NCBI GenBank assembly: GCA_944388655.1
Contig: CALXJP010000017.1
Coordinates: 2,137 to 34,136, forward strand
Reading direction: 5' to 3'
Source of the DNA: an uncultured Clostridia bacterium
GTDB lineage: Bacteria; Bacillota; Clostridia; TANB77; CAG-508
DNA: 32,000 bases
Shown here: positions 18,481-27,519 of the stretch, piece after piece
How the letters are laid out: every line of letters begins with the position of its first letter
Numbering within the stretch: the first letter of the stretch is position 1
Notes under the pieces: generated by a model
Databases searched by the model: none
What the model saw: the letters and a program-made list of their open reading frames with translations, nothing else
Told to the model about the DNA's origin: nothing
Made by a program: the position numbers and the translations under genes

Positions 18481-20000
18481 TTATTCTTCCTTTCTTCTAT
18501 AAGATATGGCTTCTAAGATATGTTGTTCTTGAATATATTGGCTTTCATCCATATCAGCAATAGTTCTTGCTACTTTTAGTATTTTCATATATGACCTTGT
18601 TGTTAATTGTAATGATGAATAGGCATTTTTTAATATTTTTTTACTTTTACTCGATAAAGTACAATATTGTTCTATATATTTGGTTGGTAACTCTGCATTG
18701 GTTTGAATGCCTAATTCTTTATACCTTTGTTTTTGCTTTTTTCTTACTTTTTCTACTCTTTTTTGTATTTGCTCTGATGTTTCACTTTTTTGCAAGCAAG
18801 TTAATTTGTCATACCCCACACATTCTACAGGAATAGTGATATCTATTCTATCTAAAATAGGTCCACTAATTTTTCTGTTATATTTTTTGATTTGTTCTTG
18901 TGTGCATTGGCATGGCTTTTTGGTTCCATAATACCCACAAGGACAAGGATTCATACTAGCTACTAATATAAAATTACACGGATAAGATACACTAATAAGA
19001 TTTCTGTTAATGGTGATTTTTCTTTCTTCTAAAGGTTCTCTTAAACCTTCTAAAACTGCTAATTTTAATTCTGGCAATTCATCTAAAAATAATACGCCTT
19101 GATGTGCTAAACTAATTTCTCCTGGTAGTGGATTTTTTCCTCCTCCCAACATTCCCGTTAATGTAATAGAATGATGCGGACTACGAAATGGCCTTTGCCA
19201 AGTAAGGGATGATTCATATTGTAGTTTTCCACAAATACTATAAATTTGCATAACTTCTAGTGCCTCTTCAAAACTTAGTTTTGGTAAAATTCCTGCTAAA
19301 CATTTTGATAATAGTGTTTTTCCGTGAACCGGGTTCTCCTATCATAAGTACATGATGCCCTCCTGATGCAGCAATTTCAAGTGCCCTTTTGGCATTTTCT
19401 TGTCCTTTTATTTCTGAAAAGTCATATTCAATTGGATTTTTCTTTGTAGAAATTGTTTTTTGTGAAGTAATTGGTGTAAAAAAATTTATCTTTTTTTGAA
19501 AAAATTCAATGAGTTGTAATAAGTTTTGAATAGGAATGATTTTTAAATTTTGCACTAGAGATGCTTCTTGAAAATTTTTTTGAGGTAAAATTACTTGTGA
19601 AATGCCTAATTGTTTTGCTTGAATGCAAATAGGAAGAATACCTATGCCTGCTTCTAATTCTCCTTTTAACGATAATTCTCCTAAAAATAAATAGGATGCT
19701 ACCTCTTCTTGTTTAAGATACCCCATAGCTGTTAAAATACCTACAGCAATTGGTAAATCGAAAAGAGTTCCTTCTTTTTTTACGTTAGCTGGTGCTAAGT
19801 TAATCACTATTTTTTTATTGTTTAGGGGAATTCCTATATATTTCATTGCGATTTTGACTCGTTCTTTTGCTTCTTTTATACTAGTAGCTGGAAGCCCTAC
19901 TATTTCCCAACCGTGGGAAACCGTTGGAAACTTCTACTTGAACTTCTACGAATTGTGCTTCCATGCCTTGTAGTGTCATTGTTTTTATATTAACTATCAT
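18481..20000 (-). CDS. comM: Mg-chelatase-like YifB/ComM-family AAA+ ATPase, split by two +1 frameshifts at in-frame CGG (19911-19913 and 19322-19324)
   Basis: Three consecutive fragments: MIVNIKTMTLQGMEAQFVEVQVEVSNGFP (from 20000), 19268..19846 (MKYIGIPLNNKKIVINLAPANVKKEG) and 18481..19251 (Mg-chelatase core and YifB C-terminus). Skipping one nucleotide at each CGG gives [25 protein letters not shown] and [31 protein letters not shown]. Confidence 0.94.
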
Positions 20001-20140
20001 ATTTTTCCTTCCATTTTTTGTAAGTTGATGATAGTGTATCATACATTTCTTTTTATTGCAAGAAAAATCGTTCGTCAAATTATGACAAAAAATGAGAACT
20101 TAGTTGTCTTCTATGGGCAAAAAATATCCCCTGATGATGT

Positions 20141-20467
20141 TCAGAGGTTCTTTTTTTCTTTTTTAAAGAGATTTTTATAACTATATTTCTTTCGTAATTC
20201 TATTTCGTCTTCTATTTCTAGTTTTCTTTTTTGTTTAGCATCACATAGATAATTTCTATATATTAACGAAAGAATTATCTTTGTTTCTTTTAAAAGCTTT
20301 TGTTTTTGTATTGGTTGCTGTAAATTCATATGTGGTATATATGTTTTTGACTTTTTTTGCTCTACAAACTGTAACAAAGATGAAGGTATTTTTTTGAATA
20401 AATCTTTTGGCAATAATTGTAATATTACATTAACTTCTGCTAGCGCATTTTGATAATTTTCATTCAT
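20141..20467 (-). CDS. Hypothetical protein
   Basis: 108 aa ORF in a minus-strand run with the 307-aa ORF and the pilin-like ORF; no recognised motif. Confidence 0.5.
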   Translation of the reverse strand: MNENYQNALAEVNVILQLLPKDLFKKIPSSLLQFVEQKKSKTYIPHMNLQQPIQKQKLLKETKIILSLIYRNYLCDAKQKRKLEIEDEIELRKKYSYKNLFKKEKKNL

Positions 20468-20471
20468 TTTA

Positions 20472-21395
20472 TTACTTACTAATCTCCTTATCTTCTTTTT
20501 GATTTTCTTGAGTTGGCTGTGTTCTTTCTTTTTGTATAGCTTGTATTCCTAGTTGTCTTTCTAGGGCATTTACTGTGCGATCTATAAATGCTAAGTCTTC
20601 TAATGTTATGGTATTTTCTTCTATATTTCTGGTTTGATTTTGTATAGGAAAGCTCTCGTCTTTTCTACTAAAATCTGGTACAAACAAATACATATCTTCT
20701 TTACTCATTGCATAAATTTCAGGATCTGGTAAATCTTTTTTATATTCTTCTACTATTTTTTCTTCTAAATCAGGGATTAAATCATCTAATCCTAATTTTT
20801 GCAAATCGGGGGTTACAAACTCTTTTACTATACTGGGTACATAATAGGCATTATATTTCTTTTTCTTAATTTGCATTGCTACACTTGAAACTATATTCTC
20901 TCTTAAATTGTAATTCCATAGTTTTTCATCAATTTTTTGATAGGTTTGTAAATTTGTTTTTCCTGCAGTAAGTAATGGTTGCGTTTGTTTATGAGGCTGA
21001 AACCAACTTTTTATTTTTTCCCAAATAGAATTTTGTTTCATATTCTCTTCAAAGGAATGTTGTAGACTATACGTATATTCATCTAAGTTATGTATTGCCT
21101 GTTCCATATAATCTAGTAAATCTGCTATAATAGCATCTCCTAGAAAAGAATCTGTTGGATAACCTTCTCTTTCTTCTACAAACATAGATAATCCTGCTTT
21201 TTCAAATTCTTTTTGTAGTTCTATTAATTTGTTGTTTAAAGTAATTCCTAAGTTGGGTAGTTTATTTTTAGAATCTATTTCCTGTAAATCCATGATATAT
21301 TGGGTTAGCTCAGAACACATTTCCCTGATTTGCCTAAATAAAATTTCTTTATATTTTTCTTCAAATTCTTTTGCTTCTTTACTTTGCATCAACAA
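20472..21395 (-). CDS. Hypothetical helical protein
   Basis: 307 aa ORF, no in-frame interruptions, acidic/coiled-coil-like; no recognised family. Confidence 0.6.
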   Translation of the reverse strand: MLMQSKEAKEFEEKYKEILFRQIREMCSELTQYIMDLQEIDSKNKLPNLGITLNNKLIELQKEFEKAGLSMFVEEREGYPTDSFLGDAIIADLLDYMEQAIHNLDEYTYSLQHSFEENMKQNSIWEKIKSWFQPHKQTQPLLTAGKTNLQTYQKIDEKLWNYNLRENIVSSVAMQIKKKKYNAYYVPSIVKEFVTPDLQKLGLDDLIPDLEEKIVEEYKKDLPDPEIYAMSKEDMYLFVPDFSRKDESFPIQNQTRNIEENTITLEDLAFIDRTVNALERQLGIQAIQKERTQPTQENQKEDKEISK

Positions 21396-21432
21396 TATAT
21401 CTCCTTTTTGATTTTATTATTTATGGGTGTTT

Positions 21433-21657
21433 TTAATCTGTAATATTATCATAATTTCCTGATGCAATTAAATTAGCATACACATCTTCTACTTGATTGA
21501 TTTGTTTTTCATAATCTTCTTTAATTTGTAAGTCACTTTGTAGTTGTGTTTCTCTCATACTGGTGGTTGCATAAAAGGCTGCTGTTAGTACAACAATCAT
21601 AAATAATACTGTAATAACAACTAATAAGGTAACTGCACCTTTTTGTTTTTTTACCAT
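21433..21657 (-). CDS. Small prepilin-like membrane protein
   Basis: 74 aa; MVKKQKGAVTLLVVITVLFMIVVLTAAFYATTSMRETQL: short basic leader plus Gly followed by a hydrophobic helix. Confidence 0.55.
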   Translation of the reverse strand: MVKKQKGAVTLLVVITVLFMIVVLTAAFYATTSMRETQLQSDLQIKEDYEKQINQVEDVYANLIASGNYDNITD

Positions 21658-21708
21658 AGTATTCCTTCCTCTCTTGTAATATTGTTTTTATTCTATCACC
21701 ATTAACTT

Positions 21709-22819
21709 CTATTCGTCAAGCTGATTCATCCATAAAATTCTTTCTTTTTCTAATAGTTTGCCCACTAGTGGATGATTCGTTTTTCCATATTTTTCTTGAA
21801 TATACCCTCCGTTAATTGTTCCTAAACATTGTTCTCCTATTTTTCTGAATTTCATAGGTTGATTTATCTTTTTTATACTTTGTAGAATAATTTCCATTCC
21901 CCTTAATTTTATAGGGCTATGTTCTATTTTCCTAATCCATTCTACTTTTTCTTTGGATGTCATTTTTTCAAAATTTTCTGCCTTTTTATATTCTGTTGAG
22001 GCAAGTTTTCCACATTTTTTCCAAAGATTGGGGATTTTTAATCTATTACTTAATGTTTCTACTTCTCTATCATATACCAAAGAAGCAAAACGTAATTCTG
22101 GCTTTGTAGTTAAAGTAGCACAAAAGTCTAATGTTTGCATTTTCTTTTCTAATAGATTTTCTTGTAATTCAGGAAAGTGAATTTCTAGTAAATTAGCCTG
22201 TTGTAAAGTAAAAAAGAATAATGAAGGCTTTCTACATTGCATTGCTTTTTCCCATTCTTGTAATACTCTCTCTACTGATATAGCTTTTAATTCATCCTTG
22301 CAAATCTTCATTTCTTCTATTGTATCTGGCGTTACGGTAAATTCTAATTGTGCTACGAATCTTGCTACTCGATATACTCTTAAAGCATCTTCTCTGAAAT
22401 GGCAAGAAGTTTTTCTGATTTTCTTTTCTTGTATATCTTGTATTCCCCCAAAAGGGTCTATGATTTTTCCGGTTAATACTTCTTTGGCAATACTATTTAT
22501 GGTTATATCTCTTCTTGCTAAGTCTTCTCCGTATAGTAACTCCCGTTTCTATTTGAAAATCTTTGTGACCACTCCCTATTTTTATTTCTTTTCTTGCTAA
22601 TGCAAATTCTTTTCCTTCTAATTCCCATACTGCAAATTTTTTTCCTCTATATTTTGCCTGGGGAAATAATTTTTGAAAAATTTGAGCATTTATACCAGTA
22701 ACACAGTAATCTTCATCTTGACAAGGCATATGTAATAAACTATCTCTTATACTTCCTCCTACTTGATAAAGATTTCCCCCTTGTTCTTTTATTTTTTTTG
22801 CTATTTCGATAATATTCAT
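21709..22819 (-). CDS. cca: CCA tRNA nucleotidyltransferase / poly(A) polymerase family, split by a +1 frameshift at an in-frame CGG (22529-22531)
   Basis: N-terminal ORF has GGNLYQVGGSIRDSLL, DEDYCVTG; skipping one nucleotide gives [42 protein letters not shown]...KTSCHFREDALRVYRVARFVAQLEF, joining ORF 21709..22311. Confidence 0.93.
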
Positions 22820-22891
22820 GGTTTCTCCCTTTTCCTATTTTTGGTTATTTTCATTTTATCATATATATGACCAAACAGTCTATGTTTTTAC

Positions 22892-22920
22892 TTGACATTC
22901 TTACTTTTTAATAATATACT
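22892..22920 (+). promoter_or_regulatory. Sigma-A-type promoter of the por operon
   Basis: TTGACA (22892-22897), 17-nt spacer, TATACT (22915-22920); followed by aaaggaagga Shine-Dalgarno and ATG at 22959. Confidence 0.8.
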
Positions 22921-22958
22921 TGACATGTACTTCAAATAAGAAAGGAAGGATTTTTTCA

Positions 22959-23540
22959 ATGAGTAATATGATAGAAATTAGATGGCATGGCCGTGGTGGC
23001 CAAGGTGCAAAAACAGCTTCTCTTTTACTTGCTGATGCTGCTTTTAATACGGGAAAATATATTCAAGGTTTTCCAGAGTATGGTCCAGAAAGAATGGGTG
23101 CACCAATTACTGCTTATAATCGTATCAGTTCTGAACCTATTCGTATTCATAGTAACATTTATGAACCAGATTATGTAGTAGTGGTAGATGATACTTTGCT
23201 TGAATCTGTTGATGTTACTGCTGGTTTAAAAGAAACTGGTGCTATTATTATTAATACTAAAAGAGATAAGGAACATTTGCAAAAATCTTTGAAGGGATAT
23301 GCGGGAAGAGTATATACGATTGATGCTAAAAAGATTTCTGAAGAAGCTTTAGGAAAATATTTTCCTAATACGCCTATGTTAGCAGCAATTGTAAAGGTTT
23401 CTGGAATTATGTCTGATGAAGAGTTTTTACAAGATATGCAAGGTTCTTTTAAACATAAATTTGCAAAAAAACCAGAAGTAATTGATGGTAATATGAAAGC
23501 TTTAGAAATGGCATTAAGCCAAGTTACACAAATTCAATAA
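22959..23540 (+). CDS. porG: 2-oxoacid (pyruvate):ferredoxin oxidoreductase, gamma subunit
   Basis: IEIRWHGRGGQGAKTASLLLADAAF...GFPEYGPERMGAPITAYNRIS; start refined to 22959 from the Shine-Dalgarno. Confidence 0.92.
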   Translation: MSNMIEIRWHGRGGQGAKTASLLLADAAFNTGKYIQGFPEYGPERMGAPITAYNRISSEPIRIHSNIYEPDYVVVVDDTLLESVDVTAGLKETGAIIINTKRDKEHLQKSLKGYAGRVYTIDAKKISEEALGKYFPNTPMLAAIVKVSGIMSDEEFLQDMQGSFKHKFAKKPEVIDGNMKALEMALSQVTQIQ

Positions 23541-23557
23541 AGGAGTGAGAAGTCAAT

Positions 23558-23863
23558 ATGTCAGATGTTAAAATTAATGTGAATAGTCCTGTAGAGGAGT
23601 TAACTCCAGGTGGTACTATTTATGAGGCAGGAAATGCAAAGTGTTTTACAACAGGAGATTGGAGAAGCATTAAACCAGTATTTTTATCTGAAAAATGTAA
23701 ACAATGTGGACTTTGTTTCCCTGTTTGCCCTGAAAATGCTATTCCTGTAGGAAAAGATTTAAAAAGAAAAGATTTTAATTACGATTATTGCAAAGGATGT
23801 GGTGTTTGTGCAAAAACATGCCCATTTGGAGCAATTGAAATGAAAGAGGAGGGTGAAGATTAA
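23558..23863 (+). CDS. porD: 2-oxoacid:ferredoxin oxidoreductase, delta subunit (2x[4Fe-4S])
   Basis: 101 aa; CKQCGLCFPVCPENAI and CKGCGVCAKTCPFGAI. Confidence 0.92.
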   Translation: MSDVKINVNSPVEELTPGGTIYEAGNAKCFTTGDWRSIKPVFLSEKCKQCGLCFPVCPENAIPVGKDLKRKDFNYDYCKGCGVCAKTCPFGAIEMKEEGED

Positions 23864-25056
23864 TGAGTATAAGAGAACGTTTAAGTGGAAATGAGGCATC
23901 TGCTGTAGCCATGAGACAAATTAACCCTGATGTAGTAGCAGCCTTTCCTATTACTCCATCTACAGAAATTCCTCAATATTTTTCCACTTTTGTTAGCAAT
24001 GGTTCTGTAGATACAGAATTTGTTGCTGTAGAAAGTGAACATAGTGCAATGAGTGCTTGTATTGGAGCTGAAGCAGCTGGCGGAAGAGCTATGACTGCTA
24101 CTTCTTCTAATGGTTTAGCTTTAATGTGGGAAATGATTTATATTGCTTCTTCTTTAAGGCTACCTATTGTTATGCCTTTAGTAAACCGTGCTATTTCTGG
24201 ACCATTAAATATTCACAATGACCATTCAGATGCTATGGGAATTCGTGATAGTGGTTGGATTATGCTATTTTCCGAAACGAACCAAGAAGCTTACGATAAT
24301 TTAATTATGGCACATAGAATTGCTGAACATAAAGATGTTATGCTACCTCTTGCTGTTTGCCAAGATGGATTTATTACATCACACTCTATTGAAAACATTG
24401 AATTAATAGAAGATGATAAGGTAAAAGAATTTGTAGGCACTTACCAACCAGAACATTATTTATTAAATAAAAAGGAACCTATTGCCGTTGGTCCAATGGA
24501 TTTACAAGCTTACCTTTTCGAACATAAATATCAACAAGCTGAAGCTATGAGAAATGCTAAAAAAGTAATTTTAGAAGTTGCTAAAGACTTTGAAAAATTA
24601 ACAGGCAGAAAATATGGTTTATTTGAAGAATATAAAACCGAAGATGCTGAAATGATTGTTGTTTGTATGAATTCAACTGCAGGAACAACAAAAGTTGTTG
24701 TAGATGAATTACGTGAAAAAGGAATTAAAGCCGGATTACTTAAAATTCGTGTATTTAGACCTTTCCCTGTAGAAGAAGTTGCTAAAGCTTTATCTCATGC
24801 CAAAGCAATTGCTATTTTAGATAAAGCAGATTCTTTAAATGGGGCAGGAGGAGCTTTATTCCAAGATGTTACTTCTGCTATGTATGTTAACAACATCCAT
24901 GTTCCTGCTATTAATTATGTTTATGGTATTGGTGGTAGAGATACTACAACGAAACATATTGAATCTGTATTTGACGATTTAGCTGAAATTGTTAAAACAA
25001 ATACCGTTACTAATCCTTATCGTTATTTAGGATTAAAGAAGGGAGGAAATCAATAA
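23863..25056 (+). CDS. porA: Pyruvate:ferredoxin oxidoreductase, alpha subunit
   Basis: 397 aa; GNEASAVAMRQINPDVVAAFPITPSTEI, EHSAMSACIGAEAAGGRAMTATSSNGLALMWE. Confidence 0.94.
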   Translation: MSIRERLSGNEASAVAMRQINPDVVAAFPITPSTEIPQYFSTFVSNGSVDTEFVAVESEHSAMSACIGAEAAGGRAMTATSSNGLALMWEMIYIASSLRLPIVMPLVNRAISGPLNIHNDHSDAMGIRDSGWIMLFSETNQEAYDNLIMAHRIAEHKDVMLPLAVCQDGFITSHSIENIELIEDDKVKEFVGTYQPEHYLLNKKEPIAVGPMDLQAYLFEHKYQQAEAMRNAKKVILEVAKDFEKLTGRKYGLFEEYKTEDAEMIVVCMNSTAGTTKVVVDELREKGIKAGLLKIRVFRPFPVEEVAKALSHAKAIAILDKADSLNGAGGALFQDVTSAMYVNNIHVPAINYVYGIGGRDTTTKHIESVFDDLAEIVKTNTVTNPYRYLGLKKGGNQ

Positions 25057-26012
25057 TGGCTTATAATGTAAAAGAAATTGTTGCGAACAAGCCTTCTCGT
25101 TTTACAGAAGGACATAGAATGTGTGCTGGTTGTGGTGCACCTCCCGTTACTAGAATGATTTTAAGAGCTTTGAAAGAGGAAGACCATGCCGTAATTGCTA
25201 ATGCTACAGGATGTATGGAAGTTTCTAGTTTTATTTATCCATACACCTCATGGGAGGATTCTTACATTCATACTGCTTTTGAATGTGCTTCTGCTACTTG
25301 TGCAGGTGCTGAGGCAGCTTATAAAGCTATGAAAAGACAAGGAAAACTACCTGAAGATGAGCATACTAAGTTTATTGCCTTTGGTGGTGATGGAGGAACT
25401 TACGATATAGGTATTCAAAGTTTATCTGGTGCTATGGAAAGAGGTCATGATATGACTTATGTTTGTTATGACAATGGTGCCTATATGAATACTGGTATTC
25501 AACGTTCTTCAGCAACCCCTCGTTTTGCTGATACTACTACCTCTCCTGCCGGAAAGGTTATTCCTGGTAAGATGCAATCTAGAAAAGATTTAACTATGAT
25601 TATGGCATCACATCATTTACCATATGTTGCCCAAACAATTGGTGTAAACAACTTTAAAGATTTATATGAAAAGGCAGAAAAAGCAATTTATACAGAAGGA
25701 CCAACATTTTTAAATGTATTATCTCCATGCCCTAGAGGTTGGGGTTATCCTACAGATATGTTAACACAAATTAATAAACTTGCTATAGATACTTGTTACT
25801 GGCCTTTATATGAAGTAGTAGAGGGAAAATATAAAATTACTTACAAACCAGCTAAGAAGTTACCTATTGAAGAATTTTTAAAACCACAAAAACGTTTTGC
25901 TCATTTATTCAAACCAGGAAATGAATGGATGATTGAAGAATTTCAAAAAGAAGTAGATAAAAGATGGCAAGAATTATTAGACTTAGAAGAAATGTCTAAT
26001 AAAGAAGCTTAA
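25056..26012 (+). CDS. porB: Pyruvate:ferredoxin oxidoreductase, beta subunit (TPP binding)
   Basis: 318 aa; GHRMCAGCGAPPVTR, FGGDGGTYDIGIQSLSGAMERGHDMTYVCYDNGAYMNTGIQRS. Confidence 0.94.
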   Translation: MAYNVKEIVANKPSRFTEGHRMCAGCGAPPVTRMILRALKEEDHAVIANATGCMEVSSFIYPYTSWEDSYIHTAFECASATCAGAEAAYKAMKRQGKLPEDEHTKFIAFGGDGGTYDIGIQSLSGAMERGHDMTYVCYDNGAYMNTGIQRSSATPRFADTTTSPAGKVIPGKMQSRKDLTMIMASHHLPYVAQTIGVNNFKDLYEKAEKAIYTEGPTFLNVLSPCPRGWGYPTDMLTQINKLAIDTCYWPLYEVVEGKYKITYKPAKKLPIEEFLKPQKRFAHLFKPGNEWMIEEFQKEVDKRWQELLDLEEMSNKEA

Positions 26013-26019
26013 AGTAATG

Positions 26020-26056
26020 AAGAAGTTACCTTTTGTTTTAAAGTAACTTCTTTTTT
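26020..26056 (+). terminator. Intrinsic terminator of the por operon
   Basis: Stem aagaagttac (26020-26029) / gtaacttctt (26043-26052) followed by a T run. Confidence 0.75.
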
Positions 26057-26057
26057 A

Positions 26058-26086
26058 TTGACTTTTTGCATATTTTCATATATAAC
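26058..26086 (+). promoter_or_regulatory. Promoter for the YbhN-like gene
   Basis: TTGACT (26058-26063), 17-nt spacer, TATAAC (26081-26086); Shine-Dalgarno gaaggagg at 26101-26108 before ATG 26121. Confidence 0.55.
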
Positions 26087-26120
26087 TGTAATACTTATAT
26101 GAAGGAGGATTAACTAAAAT

Positions 26121-27200
26121 ATGCTAGAAGAAAATCATGTAGAAACAGAAAACATAAAAAAATCTAGCCCCAAAATGACTATTTTTAATATTATATTAAT
26201 CATTGTTATTTTTATTGGGCTTCTTATTTATATGTTTTCTGTAGATGGAATTGATAATATTATTTATTTATTACAAAATGTTAATTATATATGGGTTATA
26301 GCAGGTTTATTTTGCTTACTTGGTGTATGGTTATGCGAAAGTATTACTTTATATATTCCTCTTAAAAATATGTATCCTCATCACCGATTTTCTACCTCTA
26401 TACGTGCTTCTATGATAGGGCAATTATTTAACAACATTACTCCCTTTTCTTCTGGTGGACAGCCTATGCAAGCCTATGACCTAACTAAAATAGGAGTAAG
26501 AGTAAGTGATTCGCTTTCTGCTTTAGCTATGAAATTTATTATTACACAAATTGCCTTAATTGTTTTTACATTAAGTGTTGTTATTTTTCAATTTAATTTT
26601 TTTATGCAAATATTTCAAGACTTTTTATGGGTAGTTATATTAGGCTTTGCCATTAACATTATTGCTATTATTTTTGTTATACTTATGGGCGTAAAAAAGA
26701 ATTTTATTATTTTGATTACCACACCTTTTATTAAATTATTAGGAAAAGTGCATATTGGAAAATGGCGTATTTTTAAAGATGTAGAAGCAACTATTTCTCA
26801 TTTTGAAGCAAGTGTTGAAAATTTTCACCAACAATTTTTAAATATGAAAGCACATAAAAAGATGGTATTGCAAATATTTATTGTTTCCTTTATTCAAAGT
26901 TTATTATACTATTCTATTACTTACATGGTTTATAGAGCTTTTGGAAATTCAGGAACAAGCTTTTTCCAAATTATTACTGTGCAATCCTTTTTATTGTTAA
27001 TTATGACATTTATTCCTACTCCCGGCTCTGGATTAGGAGCAGAAGGTGGCTTTTTACTATTATTTAATTCCATTTTTACGAATGGAACCATTAATCTTTC
27101 TATTTTATTTTGGAGAATTTATACTTTTTATTTACCAATTATTGTAGGTGCTTTCTTTTTAATTCCTCGTAGAAAAAAGAGAACCGTCAAAAATTTGTAA
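26121..27200 (+). CDS. Lysylphosphatidylglycerol synthase TM region / YbhN (UPF0104)-family membrane protein
   Basis: 359 aa; polytopic; NNITPFSSGGQPMQAYDLTKIGV and FIPTPGSGLGAEGGFLLLF. Confidence 0.85.
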   Translation: MLEENHVETENIKKSSPKMTIFNIILIIVIFIGLLIYMFSVDGIDNIIYLLQNVNYIWVIAGLFCLLGVWLCESITLYIPLKNMYPHHRFSTSIRASMIGQLFNNITPFSSGGQPMQAYDLTKIGVRVSDSLSALAMKFIITQIALIVFTLSVVIFQFNFFMQIFQDFLWVVILGFAINIIAIIFVILMGVKKNFIILITTPFIKLLGKVHIGKWRIFKDVEATISHFEASVENFHQQFLNMKAHKKMVLQIFIVSFIQSLLYYSITYMVYRAFGNSGTSFFQIITVQSFLLLIMTFIPTPGSGLGAEGGFLLLFNSIFTNGTINLSILFWRIYTFYLPIIVGAFFLIPRRKKRTVKNL

Positions 27201-27294
27201 TTTTTTGTAAAATATGATATAATAAAGTAGTTACCAATTAACAATTGTGATGTTGAATAACATCACACCACACAAGAAGGAGGTACTTTTTATT

Positions 27295-27504
27295 ATGGAA
27301 CAGTCGGTATTAGAATTTGCTTGGAGATTAAGAGATTTCCTTGAGCAGGAACATTACTTTAGTTTTTTACTACCTGAAGTAGATAGGTGGCTTAAGGAAT
27401 ATAAAGCAACAAGTTCTGAGAAAAGAGATGAAATCCTTAAAAACCACATTAACTCTTTAAAAGAGTCTCCTTATTTCTTAGAAGATACCTTACTGGCAAT
27501 GTAA
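27295..27504 (+). CDS. Small hypothetical protein
   Basis: MEQSVLEFAWRLRDFLEQEHYFSFLLPEVDRWLKEYKATSSEKRDEILKNH...; aagaaggaggtac Shine-Dalgarno just upstream of ATG 27295. Confidence 0.65.
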   Translation: MEQSVLEFAWRLRDFLEQEHYFSFLLPEVDRWLKEYKATSSEKRDEILKNHINSLKESPYFLEDTLLAM

Positions 27505-27519
27505 AAAGTAACATGAGAA

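Noticed and set aside
1767-22531. Homopolymer-length sequencing error as the explanation for all five frameshifts
   Set aside because: The extra base is a C next to GG, not an extension of a homopolymer. Very similar uninserted contexts (e.g. TTTTTCCTG on the plus strand) occur without insertion, and the 19911 and 22529 sites have no long run adjacent. A non-homopolymer systematic error still needs raw-read exclusion.
1767-22531. CGG reassigned to another single amino acid (e.g. Gln, Trp or Gly as a triplet)
   Set aside because: A simple triplet reassignment would keep the frame, but here the reading frame must move by one nucleotide at each site to recover the conserved protein.
1274-22819. 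ftsW, spoVD, comM and cca as ordinary independent pseudogenes
   Set aside because: Sequences downstream of each break remain highly conserved with no secondary stops, and all breaks share the same C-GGN form. Neutral decay would give heterogeneous indels and stops. Not fully excluded for single loci.
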